A DNA stretch of 64,000 nucleotides from an uncultured Candidatus Saccharimonas sp. (GTDB lineage: Bacteria; Patescibacteriota; Saccharimonadia; Saccharimonadales; Saccharimonadaceae): contig CAUQWN010000001.1 in the NCBI GenBank assembly GCA_963522115.1, positions 212,916 to 276,915 of the forward strand. Direction: 5' to 3'. Below, one piece after another: positions 37,312-46,925 of the stretch (the first letter of the stretch is position 1; each line of letters starts with the position of its first letter). The notes below the pieces were generated by a model, which searched no databases, was not told the DNA's origin, and saw only the letters and a list, made by a program, of their open reading frames with translations. Made by a program: the position numbers and the translations under genes.

Positions 37312-38595
37312 ATGCGAGATATAGATTTTGAAGAATTAGATAAAGCGGTTGGAAGCTATCTTGAAAATGGTGTTGTGCCAAATTCGAAAGAGAAAAATAA
37401 TGAGGTTTTTTCGAAAATCGAAAGCCAGATTGAGCATTCTCGTGAGCAACAAAAAATGGTTTTTGCACGAAAAGCTCCGCAGTCGGCGAACCAATTGCAT
37501 CAAAATAACGAAAAAGCACAAATTCGAAATATTGAAAAGGTCGCTGAAAAACCAAAAAATGAGAAAAAATCTGTTTATAAAAAACCAAGAGTTCGAATTT
37601 TGGATGATTTTAGTGCGCCCGTTCCACTAGAGCATCACCGCGATAGTTTTGGCGTTTCACTTTTAGCAAGAGAAGAGAAAATTGCTTTCGAAAGCCCAAT
37701 TTTAGAAACATATGGTGGTGAAAAACCAATTCGAAATATTAAAAAGCTTGAAAATTCACCGATTCGAAAAAAAGTTGTTTCAAAAAATGAAAAAACTCAA
37801 GTAAAAAAAGAAACTGAAGTTCAATCTCAAAAAAATGAAATTAATATTGCGGAGCAAAAAACTACCACGCCAAGTCGGGCGGAGTTTTATGCTGGTGTCT
37901 ATCGGATTGGTGATGATAGCAATAAACTTCGAGTTTTTCATGGCGAGCACACGGTTGAGATTCCAGAGCGAAAAGTTTCTAGTTCAAATTTCGAAAATCT
38001 AAATCTCAAAAATGAGCTAGAAAAAGTTATGCCAGAAATTTCAAGCTTAAAAACTAGCGGCAATACGATTGCTCTTGATAATTCTGAGAAAATCAAAAAA
38101 GAGATAGATAGTAAAGCTGAAACCGAAGCTTCAAAGATTGAAGTTAAGACTGAGCAAAAAAATCAATCAGGGCAGATTAAAGAAAATAATAAAAGAATAG
38201 ATATTTTTGAGTTTGATGAAAGAGTTAAAGAAAATTCAAAACAAAATGAATCCTCGGAAAAGGTGATAATTCAGCCTGTTGATGAAAATGAAAAGCCAAA
38301 AACACCTTTCGTGCAAAATCCGCAAATTGAAAAAAGACCATTAGGTACAAATCAAAATCAGGCTAAAAGTTTCGAATTTAAAAAGCCGGTTTCTAACTAT
38401 GAGCAAAAATCTGCAACGATTACAAAGGAGCTTCGGCGGGCAAAAATGTCGGTACCGATTCTTTCGAGTGATGAATATTCTGCACCCATTAAGCATAAAA
38501 AGAAATCTGGCTGGGGTGTTGTGCTAGCCATAATTGCAATTCTAATGCTTGGTGCCGGTGCTGGATTGGTAGCATATCTGGTGGCATTCCGATAG
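37312..38595 (+). CDS. Hypothetical tail-anchored protein with large charged, probably disordered domain
   Basis: 427 aa, rich in K/E/N/Q/S, with a single C-terminal TM helix preceded by KHKKK. Confidence 0.8.
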   Translation: MRDIDFEELDKAVGSYLENGVVPNSKEKNNEVFSKIESQIEHSREQQKMVFARKAPQSANQLHQNNEKAQIRNIEKVAEKPKNEKKSVYKKPRVRILDDFSAPVPLEHHRDSFGVSLLAREEKIAFESPILETYGGEKPIRNIKKLENSPIRKKVVSKNEKTQVKKETEVQSQKNEINIAEQKTTTPSRAEFYAGVYRIGDDSNKLRVFHGEHTVEIPERKVSSSNFENLNLKNELEKVMPEISSLKTSGNTIALDNSEKIKKEIDSKAETEASKIEVKTEQKNQSGQIKENNKRIDIFEFDERVKENSKQNESSEKVIIQPVDENEKPKTPFVQNPQIEKRPLGTNQNQAKSFEFKKPVSNYEQKSATITKELRRAKMSVPILSSDEYSAPIKHKKKSGWGVVLAIIAILMLGAGAGLVAYLVAFR

Positions 38596-38717
38596 AATTT
38601 TGTGTTTAAGATATTGAACCACTTTTCGAAAATTGAAGAGTGGTTTCATTTATTATAAAAAAGGAAAAGCCAGTGTGTACTGACTTTCGAAAATAATTAA
38701 GTGTAGATATAGCAGTT

Positions 38718-38882
38718 TTATTCCAATTTTTCAATTCTTTGCTCATTTTTTGGGTCATTGGTCTGATTGTTGATAGGCTCGTTATTTAAAATAACGAATA
38801 TAAGCATACCAAAATAAATCATTATAAAAATTGAAAGTAAAGAACGAACTATAAATGCGCGAGGAGTTTTTATTTCTCTCAT
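38718..38882 (-). CDS. Small single-TM protein, 54 aa (MREIKTPRAFIVRSLLSIFIMIYFGMLIFVILNNEPINNQTNDPKNEQRIEKLE)
   Basis: GGAGG SD, ATG, promoter TTGACT-17-TATAAT (38914-38942), downstream hairpin at about 38664-38688; below the ORF-track size cutoff. Confidence 0.75.
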   Translation of the reverse strand: MREIKTPRAFIVRSLLSIFIMIYFGMLIFVILNNEPINNQTNDPKNEQRIEKLE

Positions 38883-38983
38883 AATGTACCTCCGATAATA
38901 TTAGAATGATTAAATTATACAAAATATAATTTTAAAAGTCAACAATTTGCTAAAAAGGCTAAAATTTGGTAAAATGAAAGAAT

Positions 38984-40867
38984 ATGAATGCACAAGAAAT
39001 CCGAAAAGCTTATTTAGAATTTTGTCAAAAAAATGGCCACGAAGTAATCGATCGCGCTTCTTTAATTTTAAAAGATGACCCAACAACCCTTTTCACTGGG
39101 AGTGGAATGCAGCCGCTCTTGCCGTATCTTTTGGGCGAAAAGCATCCAAAGGGTGTGCGATTAACAGATAGTCAGACCTGCTTGCGAGCGCAAGATATTG
39201 ATGATGTTGGTGATAATCGCCACACAACATTTTTCGAAATGCTTGGAAATTGGTCTCTTGGCGATTATTTTAAAGAACAGCAAATTCGGCAATTTTTTGA
39301 ATTCTTGACAGATATAGTAGGCCTTGACCCTTCGAAAATATATGTTTCTTGTTTTATTGGTAACGAAAAATATAATATTCCACGTGATGACGAATCGGCA
39401 GAGATTTGGCGAAAGGTTTTTGCTGAAAAAGGTATTGATGCAAAAATTGTTGAGCTTAACACGGCCGAAAACGGTGATAAGCTTGGGCTTCAAGGCGGAC
39501 GAATTTTCTTTTATAACGATAAAGAAAACTGGTGGAGTCGTGGTGGTGGCCTAGATTCAACACCGATTGGTGATCCTTGTGGTCCTGATTCAGAAGTTTT
39601 TTATGATTTCGGTAAAGAAAATCATGATGCTAGTTTTGGCGAGGCTCATCCAGCGAGTGATAGTGGTCGGTTTATGGAAATCGGCAATCAGGTTTTTATG
39701 CAATATCGACGAATGGAAGATGGTTATTTCGAGCCGCTTAAAAAGAAAAACGTTGATTTTGGCGGCGGCTTAGAAAGGATTGCTGCAGCAAAAATTAATA
39801 ATCCAGATGTATTCCAAATTAGTTTGATGAAGCCAATTATCGAAAAGCTTGAAGAAATTAGTGGTAAAAATTACGATGAAAACAAAATTTCGATGCGTGT
39901 GATTGCTGACCATTTGCGAAGTGCAACATTTTTGGCAGTCGATGGATGTATTCCTTCAAATAAAGAGCAAGGTTATGTGATGCGAAAATTTATTCGTCGC
40001 GCGATGGTGAAGGCTTTTGATTTGGGTATAGAAGATAATTTTGTTGAACAGATTGTGCCAGTGATCGTGGATATCTATGCGCCAGATTACAAGGAAGTTG
40101 CTTCAAAATCTGATGAAATTATTGCAGTTATGGTGAAAGAAGAAAAAGCTTTCCGTCGAACGCTTCGAAAAGGCTTGCGAGAGCTTGAAAAATTTTCTCA
40201 AGATGGTTTAACTGGTGCGGAATTATTCCAGCTTTATGATACTTTCGGTTTTCCGCTTGAACTTTCAACAGAAGAAGCTATCCGACGTAAAATACCGCTT
40301 TCGAAAAACTGGCGTGAGGAATTTGATACTAAAATGAAAGAGCAACGCGAACGCTCGCAGACGGCTTCAAAGGGTAAGTTTAAAGGCGGTCTTGAAGGGC
40401 AAACTATCGAACACCGTAAGCTTCATACAGCTACTCACTTGATGAATGCAGCACTTCACAATATGTTCGAGGGGCAAATTGCACAAAAAGGTTCAAATAT
40501 TAATGCCGAGAGACTCCGCTTTGACTTTACTTTTGACCGAAAATTAACTGATGAGGAAAAACAGCAAATTGAAGATACGGTTAATGATCAAATTTTGAAA
40601 GGGTTAGAAGTTTCTTGGGCGGAGTATCCAACGGATTACGCCTTGAATGAATTAAAAGCGATTGGTGTGTTTGGCGATAAATACGGCGAGATAGTTAAAG
40701 TCTATACGATGAAAGCCGAAGGCGAAAAACCGTTTAGTGTTGAAATTTGTGGTGGTCCGCATGTTGATAATACACGAGAGCTTGCTGAGGGTGGCAAGAA
40801 ATTCAAGATTGTGAAAGAACAATCTTCGAGTGCTGGCGTGCGAAGAATTAAAGCAGTTTTACGATAA
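38984..40867 (+). CDS. alaS: Alanine--tRNA ligase, short form without C-Ala domain
   Basis: HTTFFEMLGNWS, DFGGGLER, VIADH.R, LYDTFGFP, editing motifs HTATH and EICGGPH; ends GVRRIKAVLR at 627 aa. Confidence 0.96.
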   Translation: MNAQEIRKAYLEFCQKNGHEVIDRASLILKDDPTTLFTGSGMQPLLPYLLGEKHPKGVRLTDSQTCLRAQDIDDVGDNRHTTFFEMLGNWSLGDYFKEQQIRQFFEFLTDIVGLDPSKIYVSCFIGNEKYNIPRDDESAEIWRKVFAEKGIDAKIVELNTAENGDKLGLQGGRIFFYNDKENWWSRGGGLDSTPIGDPCGPDSEVFYDFGKENHDASFGEAHPASDSGRFMEIGNQVFMQYRRMEDGYFEPLKKKNVDFGGGLERIAAAKINNPDVFQISLMKPIIEKLEEISGKNYDENKISMRVIADHLRSATFLAVDGCIPSNKEQGYVMRKFIRRAMVKAFDLGIEDNFVEQIVPVIVDIYAPDYKEVASKSDEIIAVMVKEEKAFRRTLRKGLRELEKFSQDGLTGAELFQLYDTFGFPLELSTEEAIRRKIPLSKNWREEFDTKMKEQRERSQTASKGKFKGGLEGQTIEHRKLHTATHLMNAALHNMFEGQIAQKGSNINAERLRFDFTFDRKLTDEEKQQIEDTVNDQILKGLEVSWAEYPTDYALNELKAIGVFGDKYGEIVKVYTMKAEGEKPFSVEICGGPHVDNTRELAEGGKKFKIVKEQSSSAGVRRIKAVLR

Positions 40868-40948
40868 AAATAGATTAATCAGTCTAAAGGCTGATTTTTC
40901 TTTCGAAAATTTGCAAAAAAACCTTAAACGGTTTATAATAGTGTTAGT

Positions 40949-42208
40949 ATGCTATTCAAGAATAAACAAAAAGAAGATTTAAGCGATAATCATATCGTTG
41001 CCCTTGATATTGGAACTGAATTCGTGAAGGCTCTTGTAGCTGAAATTGATGGTGATGAAATTCGTGTTATTGGTGTTGGGCGTGCACGGCAGAGTGTGGC
41101 GGATATGCATTCGGGTGCGATTGCTGATATTGCTAGCGTTGTTCAAAATTGTGAGAATGCTTTGATCGAGGCTGAAGACCAAGCGGAGATCCAAGCTAAA
41201 AAAGCCGTAATCGGAATTGCTGGTGAGTTGGTTAAAGGAGCGACAAATACAATTAAATATCGTCGTCCACAGCCAAATCGCCCTCTTGATGAAGCTGAAA
41301 TGGAATTTATTATTGATAAAATTCAAGAAAGAGCTCAGCTTAAAGCTCAAAGAGAGATTGCTCTTGAGACGGGAAACCAAGAAGCTGAAATCAAGCTTGT
41401 TAATTCAGCAATTGTTGGGATTCATATTGATGGCTATAAGGTTTCGAATCCGATTGGTTTTCAGGGAAAAGATGTTTCAATTCAAATTTATACAGCTTTT
41501 GCGCCAACTGTTCATATTGGTGCTATTGAGCGTGTCGCAAATGAACTTGCGCTTGATTTAATTGCGGTAGCAGCTGAGCCTTTTGCGGTTGCTAGAAGTG
41601 TTGTTGGCTCAGATTCTTCAAGCAATTTTACTGCAATTTTAGCTGATGTTGGTGGTGGAACAACTGATATTGCTGTCGTGAATGATGGTGGTGTTGAAGG
41701 AACTAAAATGTTCGGAATTGGTGGTCGAAGTTTCACAAATCAAATTGCGAATGAGCTTTCATTGTCTTATAATAACGCTGAAAAGCTAAAGCTAAACCTT
41801 TCGAATGAAAAACTCAAGTCTACTATTGCAAAGCAGGCAATCGATGCAATTGATAATACTTTGGATGTTTGGATTTCTGGCGTTGAACTAGCTTTAAGCG
41901 ATTTTGAAAATGTTGATTATTTGCCAAGTAAGATGTTGCTATGTGGTGGTGGCTCAAGCTTAGAATCTCTTGTTGAAAGATTGGAAAATGACGATTGGTG
42001 GCAAGAATTACCATTCAATAAAAAGCCTATAGTAAAGCATATTAAGCCTTCTGAAGTTTCGGGAGTTATTGATGAATCTGGAAAAATTAACGACCATACA
42101 TTTATTACGGCAATGGGGCTTTTACGAGTCGGATATGACACTTACAGTACTGATGAAAATGCTAGCGAGAGTTTTCGTGATAAACTAAACAGGATTTTAC
42201 GAGCTTAA
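40949..42208 (+). CDS. FtsA-like actin-fold ATPase
   Basis: ALDIGTEFVK, AEPFA, ADVGGGTTD, GGRSFT, AEKLK, LCGGGS; not adjacent to ftsZ. Confidence 0.8.
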   Translation: MLFKNKQKEDLSDNHIVALDIGTEFVKALVAEIDGDEIRVIGVGRARQSVADMHSGAIADIASVVQNCENALIEAEDQAEIQAKKAVIGIAGELVKGATNTIKYRRPQPNRPLDEAEMEFIIDKIQERAQLKAQREIALETGNQEAEIKLVNSAIVGIHIDGYKVSNPIGFQGKDVSIQIYTAFAPTVHIGAIERVANELALDLIAVAAEPFAVARSVVGSDSSSNFTAILADVGGGTTDIAVVNDGGVEGTKMFGIGGRSFTNQIANELSLSYNNAEKLKLNLSNEKLKSTIAKQAIDAIDNTLDVWISGVELALSDFENVDYLPSKMLLCGGGSSLESLVERLENDDWWQELPFNKKPIVKHIKPSEVSGVIDESGKINDHTFITAMGLLRVGYDTYSTDENASESFRDKLNRILRA

Positions 42209-42220
42209 AAGAGGTAAGAC

Positions 42221-43831
42221 ATGAGTGAAAAAGTTAAAAAAGATGTAATCTATGTCGATGTTGAAGATGATATTACAGATGTTGTTAATAAAATAAAATC
42301 TTCGAAAGAAAAAATTATTGCAATTGTTCCACCAAAAAGTTTGGGTATTTTTAGGAGTGCTGTAAATATTCGCTTGCTTTCTCGGGCTGCACAAAAAAAT
42401 GATAAGAAGATTGTTTTTATTACCAATAATTCTGCATTAAAGACTATGTCGGCAGCGGCAAAAATTCCAGTTTCAAAAACCCTTCAAAGTAAGCCAGAGG
42501 TACCAGAAATCGATATTTTAGAAGTTGAAGGAGATGATGTTATCGATGGTGAAAGCTTGCCAATTTCGGATTTTAGCGGTCCAACTTCTGATGAGAAGGA
42601 AGCTGAAATTCTTGAGGGAATTGATATTGATGATAACAAGAATTTTAACAAGATTAATCCAGAGCTTAAAAAAGAGAAGACTAATAAATCTAGAAAAGGA
42701 TCGAAAGTTCCAGATTTTTCAAAGTTTCGAAAAAAAATTCTCATTATCGGTGGGGTATTCTCTGTATTTTTAGTATTTATGATTTGGGCAATATTCTTTG
42801 CTCCATTTGCGGATATCACGATTGCTGCAAAAACCTCGACTACTAACGTAAAAGGTGTTACTTCGATTTCTAATAGCACAAGTGAAAATTCGTTGCTTTC
42901 AAAAACTGAAACTATTGAAAAAAATCATGAAATTACTTTTGAAGCGACTGGAACTCGTGAAGAAGGCGAAGCGGCTTCAGGGACTTTAAATCTTTCTCAA
43001 AGTGGTGATAGTGATCCTGTTACTGTGGCGCAAGGCTCTGCATTTTCAGCTGGGCAATGCAATTTTATTACAACCTCATCTGTTACTATTCCAGGAGCAA
43101 AGATTAAAGGTGGTGTAATTTCTAACGGAAAAGCAAGTGTTAAAATTAAGGCGACGACTATCGGCGAGCAATGTAATCTGCCAGCGCAAGAATATGTTTC
43201 ATCAATTAAGGGTGTTTCGGCAAGTGGCGGTCAGCTTTCTGGTGGTTCGAAAAAAACTTTAAAAGTTGTTTCGCAAAATGACATAAATGCAGCAAAAGCT
43301 AAAATTAATACAGAAAATGCAGATTCTATTAAGAGTTCTTTAAAAGCTAAATTTGGCTCAGATTATACTGTATTAAACGATAGCTTCTCTGTAAAAGATG
43401 GTGAGATTTCTTCTTCTGTTGCCGTCAATCAAGAGGCTCCAAACGGTAAGGCTACATTAAAAGCAACTTCTCTATATTCAATTACGGCAATTGAAAATAG
43501 AAGTATTGAAAGAGTTATCTCTTCTCTTGCTAAAAATAAAATGGGTGACTTAAACAGTCAGAAAATTTATGATTATGGCTTGAAAGATGTCTCATTTTCG
43601 AAATTTAGTGGTAATAGTGTAGAAATTTCATCAAATGTAAAAATTGGCCCAGTTATTGATATAGATAATCTGAAAGATAAAATTAAGGGTAAAAAATCTG
43701 GTGAAGTCCGAAGCTTAATTGAAGCAAAAGAGGGTGTAAAAAATGTTGATGTGAAGTTTTCATTCTTTTGGGTAAATACTGTGCCGAACGATGATAAAAA
43801 AATTAATATCAAGTTTACGGTTGATAAATAA
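42221..43831 (+). CDS. Bitopic membrane protein with an extracellular region reminiscent of baseplate J/gp47 domains
   Basis: Cytoplasmic N-domain (IYVDVEDDIT), TM helix, then ASGTL..TVAQGS.F...NFITT...V.IKAT.IGEQCN..GG..VSQNDI pattern. Confidence 0.6.
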   Translation: MSEKVKKDVIYVDVEDDITDVVNKIKSSKEKIIAIVPPKSLGIFRSAVNIRLLSRAAQKNDKKIVFITNNSALKTMSAAAKIPVSKTLQSKPEVPEIDILEVEGDDVIDGESLPISDFSGPTSDEKEAEILEGIDIDDNKNFNKINPELKKEKTNKSRKGSKVPDFSKFRKKILIIGGVFSVFLVFMIWAIFFAPFADITIAAKTSTTNVKGVTSISNSTSENSLLSKTETIEKNHEITFEATGTREEGEAASGTLNLSQSGDSDPVTVAQGSAFSAGQCNFITTSSVTIPGAKIKGGVISNGKASVKIKATTIGEQCNLPAQEYVSSIKGVSASGGQLSGGSKKTLKVVSQNDINAAKAKINTENADSIKSSLKAKFGSDYTVLNDSFSVKDGEISSSVAVNQEAPNGKATLKATSLYSITAIENRSIERVISSLAKNKMGDLNSQKIYDYGLKDVSFSKFSGNSVEISSNVKIGPVIDIDNLKDKIKGKKSGEVRSLIEAKEGVKNVDVKFSFFWVNTVPNDDKKINIKFTVDK

Positions 43832-44244
43832 TGAAATCTTTAAAGTTAATGGCGCTTGATGTTGGCACCAAGAGGATTGGTATTGCTTTGGCTGACTCCT
43901 TTATTAAAATAGCAATACCATTTACTACTGTTGAAGTGAATAATGATGTAGACTCTGCAATAAAACAAATTATTGAGATAATTTCGAAAGAAGAAATCGA
44001 CGTTCTTGTAGTTGGGCTGCCACGAAATCAGAGTGGTGAAGAGACTTCGCAAACTGCTTATACCAAAGAATTTGTAAAAAATTTTGAATATTCAGTCGAT
44101 AAAATTTGTTTTCAAGATGAAAGCTTGACGAGTATTCAGGCTGAAAACAGACTAAAAAGCTATGGAAAGCCATATTCAAAAGGCGATATCGATATGAATG
44201 CAGCTTCAATTATTTTACAAGATTATTTGGAGGAGAATTTTTAA
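43831..44244 (+). CDS. ruvX: YqgF/RuvX family pre-16S rRNA nuclease
   Basis: MALDVGTKRIGIA, VVGLP, DESLTS, ID..AA.IILQDYL. Confidence 0.93.
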   Translation: MKSLKLMALDVGTKRIGIALADSFIKIAIPFTTVEVNNDVDSAIKQIIEIISKEEIDVLVVGLPRNQSGEETSQTAYTKEFVKNFEYSVDKICFQDESLTSIQAENRLKSYGKPYSKGDIDMNAASIILQDYLEENF

Positions 44245-45413
44245 TGGATGGGATTATAAAACCACCAGTAAATAGAGATAATCAGGGGCTAATAGAAGAT
44301 CGTGCTGAAAGGGTTATTGAGGAAATATCTAAGCGCGAAAGGGAAAAAGCTTCTATTTTGGACACAAAAAATAGTAAAAAAAGAGTTTTTCGAAAGAGGA
44401 TTTTAGTTGTTTTTACAGTTTTATTATTTTGCTTTATTTCTTTTTGTGGAATTTTATTTTTAAGCTATAATAGCGCAATAAATTATAAAACTAACGATTC
44501 TAAAAAAGTTAACTTCAATATTAGTAAGGGTGAATCTTTAGATGTAGTTGCTCAGAAATTGGCTGATAAAAAAATAATTATTTCTAAAAACTCATTTATT
44601 TTTTATGCACGAATAAATAATAAACGAAATATTTTAGCTGGTAGTTATCAGTTATCTTCAAGTATGACAATTCCTGAGGTTTTGGATATTTTAAATAAAG
44701 GCCAAGCTGTTGATAGTTTTAATATTACCTTTTTACCTGGTGGAACGGTAAAAATGGCCAAAAACGCTCTTTTGAAAGCTGGCTATTCGAAAAATGAAAT
44801 TGATGATGCTTTTTCGAAAGATTATTCCGGGGAATTTCCAACTCTTTTCTCTGGTAAGCCAAAAAATACGGATCTTGAAGGATTTCTTTATGGTCAAACT
44901 CATAATTTCAAGAAAAGTATAAAAGTTGAAAATATTTTGCGGAGATATTTTGCAGACTTTGAAGCTAAAATTAAAGAATTAAACCTTGAGAATAAATTTA
45001 AGCAAAAAGGTTTGAGTTTATATGAAGGGATTACGCTTTCTTCAATTGTTCAGAAAGAAACCTTGAGTGATTTCGAAGATCAACAAAAAGTTGCAGGCGT
45101 TTTTTACAACAGAATTAAAGCTGGAATGACGCTTGGCTCAGATGTGACATATCAATATATTGCGGATAAAGCAGGGGTTGAAAGAACTCCAAACTTAGAT
45201 AGTCCTTATAATCTTCGAAAATATAAAGGTTTAACACCTACTCCAATTGCGACACCAGGGCTATCTGCTCTTAAGGCAACGGCTTCTCCAGCTGAGCATA
45301 ATTATTTATTCTTTTTGAGTGGAGACGATGATAAGACTTACTACGGTAGAACGGATATAGAGCATCAAGATAATATTAAAAGATATTGTGCAAAAAAGTG
45401 CTTGATTTTGTGA
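44244..45413 (+). CDS. mltG: Endolytic transglycosylase MltG
   Basis: TM anchor, LEGFL, SIVQKE, GVFYNR, LGSD, SPYN, GLTPTPIATPG, YLFF. Confidence 0.93.
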   Translation: MDGIIKPPVNRDNQGLIEDRAERVIEEISKREREKASILDTKNSKKRVFRKRILVVFTVLLFCFISFCGILFLSYNSAINYKTNDSKKVNFNISKGESLDVVAQKLADKKIIISKNSFIFYARINNKRNILAGSYQLSSSMTIPEVLDILNKGQAVDSFNITFLPGGTVKMAKNALLKAGYSKNEIDDAFSKDYSGEFPTLFSGKPKNTDLEGFLYGQTHNFKKSIKVENILRRYFADFEAKIKELNLENKFKQKGLSLYEGITLSSIVQKETLSDFEDQQKVAGVFYNRIKAGMTLGSDVTYQYIADKAGVERTPNLDSPYNLRKYKGLTPTPIATPGLSALKATASPAEHNYLFFLSGDDDKTYYGRTDIEHQDNIKRYCAKKCLIL

Positions 45414-45419
45414 TTAAGC

Positions 45420-45448
45420 TTGACAATTGTATTAATATTTGATAGAAT
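45420..45448 (+). promoter_or_regulatory. Sigma70-type promoter of the LysM/CHAP gene
   Basis: TTGACA-17 nt-TAGAAT with TG extension. Confidence 0.8.
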
Positions 45449-45638
45449 CTTATATGTAAATTAATATAAAAATGATGTTTTGTGCATTTTTATATTAAGG
45501 CACCTACCAGAAAATACTTTATAGCATTCGTTTAACTCTATAATATTAATTAAAAAGGTCGACATTATGCTAATTTTCGAAAAGAAAGGGTATTATTAAG
45601 GTAGTGCATCACAGTAATGTGTTTGCGGGAGAAAGATT

Positions 45639-46847
45639 ATTTGTAGTCAAAAACGAGGAGTTAAATCTCCTAAAATTGAAATTATACAGAATAGAAAAAA
45701 TACAGTTTCTAATTCTACTTTTTTAAAGATAATTAACATACTAAGTTTAAAATCAACTGTTGTTTATTCTTCTATTTTTGTTATTGTGGTTATGGTTGCC
45801 GTATTTGGTGGTAGTCAGCCAGATATTAAAAAAACGACCGAGCTAAACAATCAAATTAATTCAAAGTCTGTTGAAAATACTCAAAATAGTAATGAGAAAT
45901 ATTCTGTAGCAGACAAAGTTACGGAGTCTGGTGTTGTTGCAAATCTTGCTGAGTCTGCTGATTTAGCGATCGCATCTTCTGTGGCGAGCCTTTCGACATC
46001 TACTGCAATACTTCAGGATTCGCCTCAAGCTGCTGCTTCTGTTGAAAAGCCTAAAGTTCTTGAGGTTTCTTCTGAAAAACGTGAAATCATTAAATACACT
46101 ACAACTTCAGAAGAGGTTATTCAAACAATTGCCGATAAATATGGCATCACTGCTCAAACTATTAAATGGGTTAATGGCTTGAAGGGTGATAAAGTTGAAG
46201 CTAATAAGGAGCTAAGAATTCTGCCTGTAGACGGAATTATCTATCGATTTAAATCTGGCGATAGTATTAAATCCGTAGCAGAAAAATACCAAGCCAGTTT
46301 AGAGAGATTGATTTCTTATAATAAGCTTAAAGATAGCGAAGAGCCTAAAGAAGGCGTTGAGATTGTAATTCCTGGCGGTATCTTGCCCGAAGAAGAGCGA
46401 CCAGATTACAATCCTAAATCCAAGGTTTTCTCAACTTTTACAGCTTCGAATTCTCGAAAATCTTCTAGCTCTGTGAACGTATCACCAGTGTCTCTATCTT
46501 CTAATTACAATGTTAAGGCTGGAAATGCTTATGCCTGGGGAAACTGTACTTGGTATGCATATAATCGTCGTCCAGACATCGGAAGTTTTTGGGGTAATGC
46601 TTCAACTTGGGCAGTCAGCGCTAGAGCTGCTGGGTATAAGGTTGACCAAAATCCATCTGTAGGTGCAATTGCTCAGTGGAATGCTTACGCAAACTCATAC
46701 ATTTGGGGCTACGGGCATGTTGCTATTGTTGAGTCTGTGAACTCTGACGGAACAATTACTGTTTCAGATATGAATTACGCTGGAAAACTGAATGTTGTAA
46801 CAACTCGAACAGTACCAGCAAGCAGTGTTTCGAACTATATACACTAA
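45639..46847 (+). CDS. LysM + CHAP domain peptidoglycan hydrolase (probable ATT start; ORF track starts at GTG 45786)
   Basis: Two LysM repeats (IADKYGIT..IKWVN; GDSIKSVAEKY), CHAP motifs GNCTWYA, WGNASTW, YGHVAIVE, SDMN. The frame is open from 45618. Confidence 0.88.
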   Translation: MCSQKRGVKSPKIEIIQNRKNTVSNSTFLKIINILSLKSTVVYSSIFVIVVMVAVFGGSQPDIKKTTELNNQINSKSVENTQNSNEKYSVADKVTESGVVANLAESADLAIASSVASLSTSTAILQDSPQAAASVEKPKVLEVSSEKREIIKYTTTSEEVIQTIADKYGITAQTIKWVNGLKGDKVEANKELRILPVDGIIYRFKSGDSIKSVAEKYQASLERLISYNKLKDSEEPKEGVEIVIPGGILPEEERPDYNPKSKVFSTFTASNSRKSSSSVNVSPVSLSSNYNVKAGNAYAWGNCTWYAYNRRPDIGSFWGNASTWAVSARAAGYKVDQNPSVGAIAQWNAYANSYIWGYGHVAIVESVNSDGTITVSDMNYAGKLNVVTTRTVPASSVSNYIH

Positions 46848-46925
46848 AATATTTAAATGAGCGTTACTATTTTGAGCGCTCATTTAAAATTGGATTTTTT
46901 ATATTTTTTGTGTTATTATGTATGT

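Noticed and set aside
45455..45640. c-di-AMP (ydaO) or other known riboswitch
   Set aside because: I could not match the conserved motifs by eye; retained only as an unknown structured leader.
46857..46925. Upstream start for obgE at 46857
   Set aside because: This region is the preceding hairpin and promoter; the conserved MFVD N-terminus begins at 46926.
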